From assembly GCA_038878295.1 (NCBI GenBank), contig JAVZVY010000014.1:1-18827 (forward strand): 18,827 nt of DNA. Reading direction: 5' to 3'. This document shows, piece after piece, positions 7,959-16,087 of the stretch (position 1 is its first letter; each line of letters opens with the position of its first letter). The notes beneath the pieces were generated by a model. It was not told where the DNA came from and made no database searches. It saw nothing but the letters and a program-made list of their open reading frames with translations. The position numbers and the translations under genes were made by a program. This DNA comes from Candidatus Micrarchaeaceae archaeon. Lineage in GTDB: Archaea; Micrarchaeota; Micrarchaeia; Micrarchaeales; CABMGC01.

Positions 7959-10900
7959 TTGATATATCTTAAGGAGCTTACGCTGCACAAGTTTAAATCC
8001 TTCCAGCACGCCGAATTGATGTTTAGCAAAGGTTTCACATGCATAGTAGGCCCTAACGGCAGCGGCAAGAGCAACATCTGCGATGCAATTCTTTTTTCGC
8101 TCGGCGAGAGCGCGCTGCGCAGGCTCCGCGTCGACAGGCTTGAATCCCTGATAAGCTACAGCGCCAATAGGAAGAACATGCCAAAGGCCTATGTCAAAGC
8201 CGTTTTTGACGGCGACGAGAAGTTAGAAGTCGTAAGAATAATAAGGGCCGATGGCAAGAGCGTTTTTAGGGCTTACGGAAAGAGGCTCAGCATGCACGAT
8301 GTCATCGAAGTTTTCAAGAAATACAAAGTGGACGTGAATGAAACGAACACGATAACCCAGGGCGAAATAAACAAGATAATGGAGATGAGCCCTAAGGAAA
8401 GGCGCGAACTCATAGAAATTGCGTCAGGGGTCAGCGAATTCGAAGAAAAGAAGAAGGAGGCTCTTGCAGAGCTCGAAACTGTCAACGTAAAGATAGGCGA
8501 GGCTCGCATAATGCTCAACGAAAGGCTTGGCTTTCTCAAAGAGATAGAAAAGGAGAAGGAAGCGGCGGAGAAGTATGCAGAGCTGAGAAAGAGAATTCGT
8601 GCTCTGAATTATAGCATACTTTCTATCCGAAAGGCTTCGTTGAGCAAAGATTATGAATCTTATGTGAAGGAAATATCCGCGCTTGATGAAGAAGCTGCGA
8701 AGTTCCGGAAGTCGATAGAGGATTCGAACTCGTTGCTGAATGCACTTGGAGAGAAAGCCCAGCAGATGACAAAAGACCTTGATAGGGCTACGGGCTCTGC
8801 CGGCGAATCTAGCAAAAGACTGAACGAGCTCAAGGTGCAGCTTGCCACGCTAGATACAGAGACAAACGCACTTAACGCATCGATAAAAGAGGCGGAGCTT
8901 TCAGTAGAGGAGTCGAAGAAAAAAATCTCAGAAATAGAAGTCAAGATGGCTTCAAATGCAAAGTTGCTCGATGAGCTTGATGCCGAAATTGCTGAAAAGT
9001 CAGGATACCTAGAAAGCGTTGCAATCGACGTGGATGCAGACGCCAGAATTTCAAAACTCGCAGAGGTGAGCAAAGAGATAAGGGCCCTTGAAGAGAAGGT
9101 CGCATCTCTGCAAAAGGCATACGCAAACGCTGTGGCTTCTCACGATTCGTACAAAGCGATGGCTTCTGAGCTTGAAAGACAGATTTCAGCAAAGGAAAAA
9201 GAAATCGACGAAGCGAAAGCCACTGTTGAGTCAATGCGCTCAGAGCTCGACTCGCTCAACATTGAGATAAAGAAGGCAAACGATGAAATAGCCTTGCTTG
9301 AATCTAAAGCTGATATGAGCAAGGAAATAAGCAGCATAGAGGGCAAAATACTTGAATTAAGGGAGCAGAGGGCAATAGCATATTCAAGATCTGGCGGCAT
9401 AGACGATGCGCTCAGCCGAAAGTTCGGCTCTGCTGGTTTCTACGGACGCGCCGCACAGCTATGCACTTACGAAGACGCGTATGCAAATGCGGTTGAAGCT
9501 GCGGCAGGCGGGCGATTCGACTATCTCGTTGTAGACAGCATAGAGACAGCCAGCAGCATAATAGACTACATGAAGGCAAAGCAGCTTGGCAGGGCTACGT
9601 TCATACCTATAAGCGAAATATCGATAGTCGCGCAGGCTGAAGACTCAAAGCACAGAAAACTGATAGATCTAATCAAATTCGACGAGAAGTTTAGGAAAGT
9701 TTTCGAATACATATTCGGCAACACCTACCTTGTTGATTCACTTGAAGAGGCGAAGAAGTCTGGAATAGGCAGGCACAGATACGTTACAATAGACGGAGAA
9801 CTTGTCGAGCAGTCAGGCATCGTATCGGGCGGCTACGCTAAGAAACAAGTCAGGCCCCTTGCATACATAGAGAAGCAGCTTGCACTGCTTGAGGCAAGGC
9901 ACAAGGAGCTTTCGGAGAAAGCAAACGAAGCCACCGCAACAATCTTCGCTAAGAGAAAGGAGCTCGCCCTTAAGGAGCTCACTTACAAGTCGCGCCTTGC
10001 AGAGATGGAAAAGTTCGGCTCTTCGCTAAACAAAGCAATGGAAGCACTAGGCTCGCTAATAAGTTCAAGGGAAGCCGCGATCAAAAATGCTGAATCCTCA
10101 AGCGTCGAGATGCAGGCGCTCAGCAAAGAAACCGAAGAGACAACGTCAAAAATAAAGCAGCTGCAAAGCGTTGAAAACGAGATTTACGGAGTCAAAACGA
10201 AAGCTCCAAAAGCTGAAACCGAAGAAGCCAAAAAGACTGCGAAAGACGTCGAGTCGCTAAGAAACGAACTAGAAGGACTTAAAATCAGGCGCGCCGGCGC
10301 CGAGAAAGAGAATCAGCTTCTCGCCGAAAAAAAGGCTGAAATATCGGAAGGCATAGCCTCAAAACTCAGAGAGATAAAAGCGGCCAAAGACATGCTGAGC
10401 GCAAAGTTGCTTTCAAAAGAAAAGATTGCAAAGTCTGCCGAAGCACTTGAAAATGAGATAAAGGAAAGCAGCGAGTCCAATAAGAAGATATACGCCGAGC
10501 TCGAACAGATAAATTCCGAAATAGCGAATTTAAGCTCTAACAAAGGAATGCTGAACGCAAAGCTGGAGCGCGTAGAGGCATCGCTGAATGACCTCAAACT
10601 GAAGAAAAGTCAGGTCGAGACGAGGCTTAACGACATTAATGCGGAGCTCTCGACATACGGGAACGAGAGCATCGAGCTGATCGAAGGCAGCGACGAGGAG
10701 CTCGGCAAGCAGCTTGCGATAGCCACAAACAAGCTCAACGAGCTCGGCTCAGTCAATATGAAAGCGCCAGAAATATACAACGAAAAGAAGGCGCTAGTAG
10801 ACGAAGTGTATGCAAAGCTCGAGATCCTAGAATCAGAGCGTCAGGCGATAATGAAGATGATTGACGAGGTCGATTCAAAGAAGCTTGGCGTATTCATGAA

Positions 10901-11369
10901 CGCGCTGAATGGTATAAGCGCTAATTTCTCAAGGCTTTACAGCTACATGCTTCCGGGAAGCGCCGAGATAGAGCTTGACAACCCAGAATCGCCGTTCGAA
11001 AGCAGCCTTGTCATAAAAGTCCACAATGAAGGGATGTCAAAGAGGATAGAGAGCCTCTCAGGAGGCGAAAAGACACTCATTCTTATAACGCTTGTCTTTG
11101 CTATACACATGTACAAGCCTTCATCGCTTTACATATTTGACGAAATAGACGCGGCATTGGATAAAGAGAATTCCAAGAAGCTCTCGAAGCTGCTGAGGGA
11201 ACTAAGCAAGAATGCGCAGTTCATAGTTGTGAGCCACAACGACTCCCTCATTTCAGACGCAGAAACAGTTATAGGCGTTGCCAAGTCAAATAATGAATCA
11301 AGGGCCTTTGGCGTGGAGGTTTCATCTATACTAAACAAAACAAAGGGCCAGGCTGATGAAAGGAAGTAG
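7959..11369 (+). CDS. smc: Chromosome segregation protein SMC
   Basis: Walker A GPNGSGKSN, Q-loop TQG, long coiled coils, hinge (LGRATFIP; DGELVEQSGIVSGG), signature LSGGEK and Walker B IFDEIDAALD. Start reassigned to TTG 7959 (-IYLKELTLHKFKSF matches SMC N-termini). Confidence 0.96.
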   Translation: MIYLKELTLHKFKSFQHAELMFSKGFTCIVGPNGSGKSNICDAILFSLGESALRRLRVDRLESLISYSANRKNMPKAYVKAVFDGDEKLEVVRIIRADGKSVFRAYGKRLSMHDVIEVFKKYKVDVNETNTITQGEINKIMEMSPKERRELIEIASGVSEFEEKKKEALAELETVNVKIGEARIMLNERLGFLKEIEKEKEAAEKYAELRKRIRALNYSILSIRKASLSKDYESYVKEISALDEEAAKFRKSIEDSNSLLNALGEKAQQMTKDLDRATGSAGESSKRLNELKVQLATLDTETNALNASIKEAELSVEESKKKISEIEVKMASNAKLLDELDAEIAEKSGYLESVAIDVDADARISKLAEVSKEIRALEEKVASLQKAYANAVASHDSYKAMASELERQISAKEKEIDEAKATVESMRSELDSLNIEIKKANDEIALLESKADMSKEISSIEGKILELREQRAIAYSRSGGIDDALSRKFGSAGFYGRAAQLCTYEDAYANAVEAAAGGRFDYLVVDSIETASSIIDYMKAKQLGRATFIPISEISIVAQAEDSKHRKLIDLIKFDEKFRKVFEYIFGNTYLVDSLEEAKKSGIGRHRYVTIDGELVEQSGIVSGGYAKKQVRPLAYIEKQLALLEARHKELSEKANEATATIFAKRKELALKELTYKSRLAEMEKFGSSLNKAMEALGSLISSREAAIKNAESSSVEMQALSKETEETTSKIKQLQSVENEIYGVKTKAPKAETEEAKKTAKDVESLRNELEGLKIRRAGAEKENQLLAEKKAEISEGIASKLREIKAAKDMLSAKLLSKEKIAKSAEALENEIKESSESNKKIYAELEQINSEIANLSSNKGMLNAKLERVEASLNDLKLKKSQVETRLNDINAELSTYGNESIELIEGSDEELGKQLAIATNKLNELGSVNMKAPEIYNEKKALVDEVYAKLEILESERQAIMKMIDEVDSKKLGVFMNALNGISANFSRLYSYMLPGSAEIELDNPESPFESSLVIKVHNEGMSKRIESLSGGEKTLILITLVFAIHMYKPSSLYIFDEIDAALDKENSKKLSKLLRELSKNAQFIVVSHNDSLISDAETVIGVAKSNNESRAFGVEVSSILNKTKGQADERK

Positions 11370-12393
11370 AAAAGCCGCTGCACATCAAAGTGCCGGTGGA
11401 AGAAAAAGCAGACTTATGCCGATTCTGTACGCGATACTTATAATCCTGATAGCAGTTTACGTTTTTACAGAAAACCCTGCTATAGGCTTGCTTGTGTTCG
11501 TGTTCATAATTGCGATACTTGCAGCAGAAACCAGGGAGAGCATAAGCAAGGAGGGAACGAAGAAAACCGCGCTTGAGATAATGCTTGCGCTAGGCACCGT
11601 TCTGGTAATATGGATCTTGCTGATTCTATACCTCGGAACAACCGCGCCTATAGATGCTGTCGCAAGCTGCAGCATGCTTCCAATACTGCACAGAGGCGAC
11701 CTTGTAGTGCTGCACGGAATATCCAACTTCACAGAATTTGTAAAAAGCGAACATATTCCGGTAGTGAATGTAAGTGGGGCTGAGTTCAGCGCTTTCGAAA
11801 GCGGCATAGAAAATGAATTCATATCGTATTACGCCTATTCCAAGAGCAACAAGTCTGAGATATCCTATTTGCTTCCAGTGGGAGCAAACCCCGCCAGCTA
11901 CAGCATAGGCCTTTACAATAACAAGTGCCTTTCTTATTACAGTTATCTTGGCCAGACATACAATTATTACAAGTGCTATGTGCCAAGCCAAAGCGGCAAC
12001 ATGATAAAGTATTATTACTCTATAGGGAACATAACCATAGGCGGCAAGATGATGAATATAATTTACACATCGTCGATAAGCATACTAAACGAAACGATCT
12101 ACGCTAATTACTCAATGCCAATAGTTGTTTACAGGACAACCGGCCAGGATTCATTCAGCGGAGACATAATACACAGGGTTTTTGCAGCAATACGCGTAGG
12201 AAACACATATTACTTCCTAACAAAAGGCGACAACAACCAGGCGCTTGATATAGAGTTTGCAAACTATCCGCCTTCCGAAGGCAGCATAGTAGGGCGGGTT
12301 GTCGCAGATGTGCCCGCAATAGGCTACCTCAAACTAATAATAAGCGGCCAATTTGCAGCGCCGCAGGGATGCAATCAAACGATACTTCACTAA
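11356..12393 (+). CDS. Signal peptidase I, archaeal Sec11/SipW (Ser-His) type, with a large insertion
   Basis: Box motifs VASCSMLPILHRGDLVV (Ser106), IIHRV (His273), FLTKGDNN...D and IVGRVV..VP.IGY; three N-terminal TMs. Overlaps the end of smc by 14 nt. Confidence 0.88.
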   Translation: MKGSRKAAAHQSAGGRKSRLMPILYAILIILIAVYVFTENPAIGLLVFVFIIAILAAETRESISKEGTKKTALEIMLALGTVLVIWILLILYLGTTAPIDAVASCSMLPILHRGDLVVLHGISNFTEFVKSEHIPVVNVSGAEFSAFESGIENEFISYYAYSKSNKSEISYLLPVGANPASYSIGLYNNKCLSYYSYLGQTYNYYKCYVPSQSGNMIKYYYSIGNITIGGKMMNIIYTSSISILNETIYANYSMPIVVYRTTGQDSFSGDIIHRVFAAIRVGNTYYFLTKGDNNQALDIEFANYPPSEGSIVGRVVADVPAIGYLKLIISGQFAAPQGCNQTILH

Positions 12394-12413
12394 GACAATC
12401 ATTCGGTGTATAA

Positions 12414-13100
12414 ATGGAAAAGACAAGGGTTAATCTATATATAAGCTGCATGGACAGGCGACTCAACGAGATATCAGAGTCGCACAATGACGGAAATACA
12501 GTGTTCCTAAGAAACGCGGGTGCCAATGCTAGTGCATTGAAGAAAACAATAAAAGAAATAAAGGGCAGATTCGACCTTGGCAGAGTTGTAATTGCTCCGC
12601 ATAACGACTGTGGAGCAATGAAAGTCATCTATACAAGTATAAAAGAAGGCAAAGAAACAAGCAGCGAAATATACAAAAGCCTTGTGAGGCAGTTCGAGAA
12701 CGCAAAATTCTCAAGCATTCAAGAGCTGGAGCAGATAAACGCCGAAGTGCAGAAAAAGAGCCTTGAGAAGATTGTTGGAAAGGATGCAAGCGAAGAGTTT
12801 ATAGATCTCGAAAGGATCTCCATTCCTAAAGAGAAAAGCGAGCATGTTCTAATTGTGCTCGCCCCTTCAAAAACGAAATACAGTAGCATATTTGCAAGGT
12901 TGGGGCTTGATCCATACTCAACATATGTGATACAGGGTTCACAGTCTGAGATAGGTGCAGACATAGAGATAGCCATAAGGCACCTTTTCATAAAGAAGGT
13001 GTATGTGCTTTCTGACGAAGGTGAAGTTAGCTTCGACGCTCAAAAAGTATTCGATTCGATTAAGGAAAGATACGCTGAAGCAGATGTGAAATTGGTATGA
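12414..13100 (+). CDS. Beta-class carbonic anhydrase-like protein
   Basis: Zinc-ligand motifs SCMDRR (CxDxR), FLRNAG and HNDCGAM (HxxC). Confidence 0.8.
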   Translation: MEKTRVNLYISCMDRRLNEISESHNDGNTVFLRNAGANASALKKTIKEIKGRFDLGRVVIAPHNDCGAMKVIYTSIKEGKETSSEIYKSLVRQFENAKFSSIQELEQINAEVQKKSLEKIVGKDASEEFIDLERISIPKEKSEHVLIVLAPSKTKYSSIFARLGLDPYSTYVIQGSQSEIGADIEIAIRHLFIKKVYVLSDEGEVSFDAQKVFDSIKERYAEADVKLV

Positions 13101-13675
13101 CTATGACTGCAAGCATCATCATACTATTATTGTTTGTTGTTTTTGATTTTGCCATATCAATATGGAACGCCTATGCTAGCGGCTACAATATAGGCATGCT
13201 CAGAAGGGAAAGCAGAAAGGGCTTCTTCAAAATATCTTCGTATTCTGGGCTTGGCCTTGCATTTGTGGGTATGGGCTACGTAATAATAATTATACTCAGC
13301 CTGCTTGCATACTATCTTGGCTATGCGTCATTTGCCACTGTCGAATTCGCAATGAGCTTCAACTTTCTCGTTTTTGGGCTCATGATAATAGGCTTCGGCC
13401 TCATAATAACTGTGCAGTCAATAATCATCGCGGCACAGAAGAAGAACTTCTGGAGCATAGCAATTGCAATATACAACACATTTGCAGAGATATGGGACAT
13501 CGCGAGCTACGCCTCAGGCTTTAAAGAGTCTGTGCAGCTTCTTAGAAGAAACAGACAAGGAAGCGGCAACGCATTGATAATTATTGTGATAGCCTTGTTT
13601 ATAGCTTTCTTTATAGTGCATGCAGCATATAGGCACGGCTACAACAAAGCTAACGCAGCACAGCCTCTAAGGTAA
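13097..13675 (+). CDS. Uncharacterised integral membrane protein (4-5 TM)
   Basis: 192 aa with multiple hydrophobic helices; ATGA overlap with the upstream stop implies translational coupling. Confidence 0.75.
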   Translation: MTMTASIIILLLFVVFDFAISIWNAYASGYNIGMLRRESRKGFFKISSYSGLGLAFVGMGYVIIIILSLLAYYLGYASFATVEFAMSFNFLVFGLMIIGFGLIITVQSIIIAAQKKNFWSIAIAIYNTFAEIWDIASYASGFKESVQLLRRNRQGSGNALIIIVIALFIAFFIVHAAYRHGYNKANAAQPLR

Positions 13676-13754
13676 TTGTAGATTTTTCTGTTGAGAAATG
13701 CCTCTGTACACAAGGTTAAAAAACCTTTCAAAAACAATATCAATTCTGATTACT

Positions 13755-14360
13755 GTGGCAAAAGAGCTGCTTACTGTAGACGTCGACGGGGTGCTTGCTG
13801 ATACTGTTGGTAAAATCAACAGTATCCGCGAAAAAGACATTAAGCGGATTATAAGGAAGGAAGAAATTACAGATTATGATCTCACAAAAACTGATCCTTA
13901 TAGAGGCCTTGAATGGGAGAGCATAGAAGCCTATTTTAAAAAAGCGTGGGCCAATTACAACGATCTCCAGCTTGAAGATCCGGAAATACCAGAAATCATA
14001 AGTAAACTACATGACCATTATATTATTCTACTTGTCACAGCCTCTGTAGCTGAAGACGAGCAGATCAAAAACTGGCTAAAGAAGAATAATATACCATATG
14101 ACGAACTAGTGCACCTTAATAGGCAAGTCAAAAAGCTTAAGAATATTGCAACAATTCACATAGAAGATTACTACGAACTCGCAATTCAAATGCCAGCGAA
14201 CATGACTGTGCTTTTGCTCAAGCAACCATGGAATGAGAAATTTTTTGTAAATGGTTATAATAGCCACGCCAATGTAGTTCTAATGAATAATTGGCACGAG
14301 ATATATGATTACCTTATTAAAAGGGCTCTTTCTAAAGAGAAAAATATTGTAAAGGCTTAG
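13755..14360 (+). CDS. HAD-superfamily 5'(3')-deoxyribonucleotidase (NT5C-like)
   Basis: Motif I VDVDGVLADT, motif II LVTA, WL.KNNIPYD, motif IV IED, QPWN and NNWHEI. Start is probably GTG 13755 (alternative ATG 13698). Confidence 0.82.
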   Translation: MAKELLTVDVDGVLADTVGKINSIREKDIKRIIRKEEITDYDLTKTDPYRGLEWESIEAYFKKAWANYNDLQLEDPEIPEIISKLHDHYIILLVTASVAEDEQIKNWLKKNNIPYDELVHLNRQVKKLKNIATIHIEDYYELAIQMPANMTVLLLKQPWNEKFFVNGYNSHANVVLMNNWHEIYDYLIKRALSKEKNIVKA

Positions 14361-14401
14361 CAGAATGCCACCTTAGCTCTGAGGCAGGAATATAAAAACG
14401 A

Positions 14402-14409
14402 TTTAAATA
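14402..14409 (+). promoter_or_regulatory. TATA box of the rpl30e-rps12-rps7-EF-2 operon
   Basis: TTTAAATA preceded by A-rich AAAAACGA (BRE-like), in the 200-bp gap upstream of rpl30e. Confidence 0.6.
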
Positions 14410-14560
14410 CCTTTGCTTGCAATATCATAATGTTTGAGTTTAGGCCTTGTTCTACACGGGCTTTCTCTCTGCGTAAGCGTGAGTTTGATTTGCCCAGAGG
14501 CAAGGCTTCAGCAAGCAATAAAAACTGTAGGGCGCAATAATTACTAATCCCGATGATATA

Positions 14561-14866
14561 ATGGCTGATTTGGCTAAGGACATAAGGCTTGCAGTAGATA
14601 CAGGAAAGGTAGCCATAGGCGCAAAGGAAGCCATAAAAACGATGAACGACAACACGGCAAAGCTAGTAATAATAGCATCAAAGGGCAAGAAGGATGTCAT
14701 TGGCGATATACTGCACATGTGCAGCATCTCGGGGCTCAAGCTTGTACAGTTCAAAGGCGGCTCTCTCGAGCTTGGTGCTGCATGCGGCAAACCCTACCCA
14801 ATAAACGCCCTTGCAATAGTGGAGCCTGGAAACTCGAACATACTCAACGAGAAATATGGTGATTGA
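14561..14866 (+). CDS. rpl30e: 50S ribosomal protein L30e (eL30)
   Basis: DIRLAVDTGKVAIG...AKLVIIAS...GGSLELGAACGKPY..ALAIVEPGNSNIL, the L30e signature. Confidence 0.96.
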   Translation: MADLAKDIRLAVDTGKVAIGAKEAIKTMNDNTAKLVIIASKGKKDVIGDILHMCSISGLKLVQFKGGSLELGAACGKPYPINALAIVEPGNSNILNEKYGD

Positions 14867-15295
14867 TTGGCTAACGGAGAATTTGCCGCTAAGGTTATAA
14901 GGAAAAAGAGGAAGCTTGACAGGCTTCTCAAGAAGTCGTGGAAGAGGAAGTACTTCAAACTCAAGAAAAAGTACGATCCGGTAGGTATAGCGCCTATGGC
15001 GAGGGCCATAGTGCTTCAGAAGTTCATACTGGCACAGAAACAGCCGCATTCAGGGCAGATAAAATGCGTGAAGGTGCAGCTGATAAAGAACGGCAAGACA
15101 GTCGGCGCATATGTGCCATACGACGGCGCAATAAACTTTATCGACGAGCACGACGAGGTGACGATACAGGGACTCGGCGGCTCTCAGCGCGGGCAGATGG
15201 GAAGCATACCCGGGCTCAAATACAGGGTCATAGCAGTAAACAATGCTCCCCTTAAAGAGATAATAAAAGGCAAGATCGAGAAGCCTAAGAGATGA
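14867..15295 (+). CDS. rps12: 30S ribosomal protein S12 (uS12/S23)
   Basis: KCVKVQLIKNGK.V.AYVP.DGAINFIDEHDEV.I.GLGG...IPGLKYRV.AVN. The TTG start abuts the L30e stop. Confidence 0.96.
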   Translation: MANGEFAAKVIRKKRKLDRLLKKSWKRKYFKLKKKYDPVGIAPMARAIVLQKFILAQKQPHSGQIKCVKVQLIKNGKTVGAYVPYDGAINFIDEHDEVTIQGLGGSQRGQMGSIPGLKYRVIAVNNAPLKEIIKGKIEKPKR

Positions 15296-15300
15296 TCTTT

Positions 15301-16077
15301 ATGGCAGAAGCAGAGCAGAACAACGAAGTGGAAAAAAGCCCTGCAAATGTTGGCTCTGGCAACAGCACCGAATCCCCTCAGCAGGAAAAGCCGGTGGCAG
15401 CGGCCAAGCCTAAGCAGCGCATCAGGAAACAATCAAAGTCGGCGCAGCCAGTTGCGGCTTCTGAAGCGCAGCATGAGGAACTTCTCTTCGGCAAATACAG
15501 CTTGAAGGATGTCGTTGTGCACGACCAGAGCATAGCCAACTACATAACTCTTCTGCAGAGAGAGTATCCAAACACTTTTGGCAGAAGGAAAGACAATGTC
15601 TACTATGCGACGCACGTAGACATAGTTGAAAGGCTGATAAACAAGCTCATGCGCGGCGGCACTGGAGCCAAAGTCGGCGGCAGGGTAATCCGCACAGAAG
15701 GCAAGCTTCAGGGCAAGAAGATAAAAGTCATACATATCGTTGAGGACGCTTTTGACATAGTAAGCAAGCAGTCCAATGCGAATCCTGTGCAGAAACTTGT
15801 AGATGCGCTAAGCAACGCCGCTCCTATAGAGGATACCACAAGAGTAAGATACGGCGGCATAACCTATAATGTAGCTGTTGATATAAGCTCAAAAAGGCGC
15901 CTCGATGTGGCTTTGAGGAACCTGGCGCTTGCGAGCATACTTGGTGCATTCAACAAAAAGACATCGCTTGCGCAGGCGCTTGCCAATGAGATAATCCTAG
16001 CGGCGAACAACGATCCGAACAGCTATGCCATAAAGCAGCGAATAAATGCTGAGCGCATGGCAAAGAGCGCGAGGTAG
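15301..16077 (+). CDS. rps7: 30S ribosomal protein S7 (uS7) with N-terminal extension
   Basis: LFGKY, IVERLINKLMR, GKK, NPVQ.LVDA..NAAP.ED.TRV.YGG...AVD.S..RR.D.ALR and ERMAKSAR. Start is ATG 15301 or the overlapping ATG 15292. Confidence 0.96.
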   Translation: MAEAEQNNEVEKSPANVGSGNSTESPQQEKPVAAAKPKQRIRKQSKSAQPVAASEAQHEELLFGKYSLKDVVVHDQSIANYITLLQREYPNTFGRRKDNVYYATHVDIVERLINKLMRGGTGAKVGGRVIRTEGKLQGKKIKVIHIVEDAFDIVSKQSNANPVQKLVDALSNAAPIEDTTRVRYGGITYNVAVDISSKRRLDVALRNLALASILGAFNKKTSLAQALANEIILAANNDPNSYAIKQRINAERMAKSAR

Positions 16078-16087
16078 CGTGATTTTT

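Noticed and set aside
14413..14518. 8-bp inverted repeat TTGCTTGC (14413-14420) / GCAAGCAA (14511-14518) as possible MITE ends
   Set aside because: Too short, no target-site duplication or second copy, and the left arm lies upstream of the predicted TSS.
14938..15255. 105-aa alternative-frame ORF in rps12 and the many antisense ORFs in the track
   Set aside because: They lie wholly within well-supported genes and have no recognisable motifs. They are shadow ORFs from codon bias.
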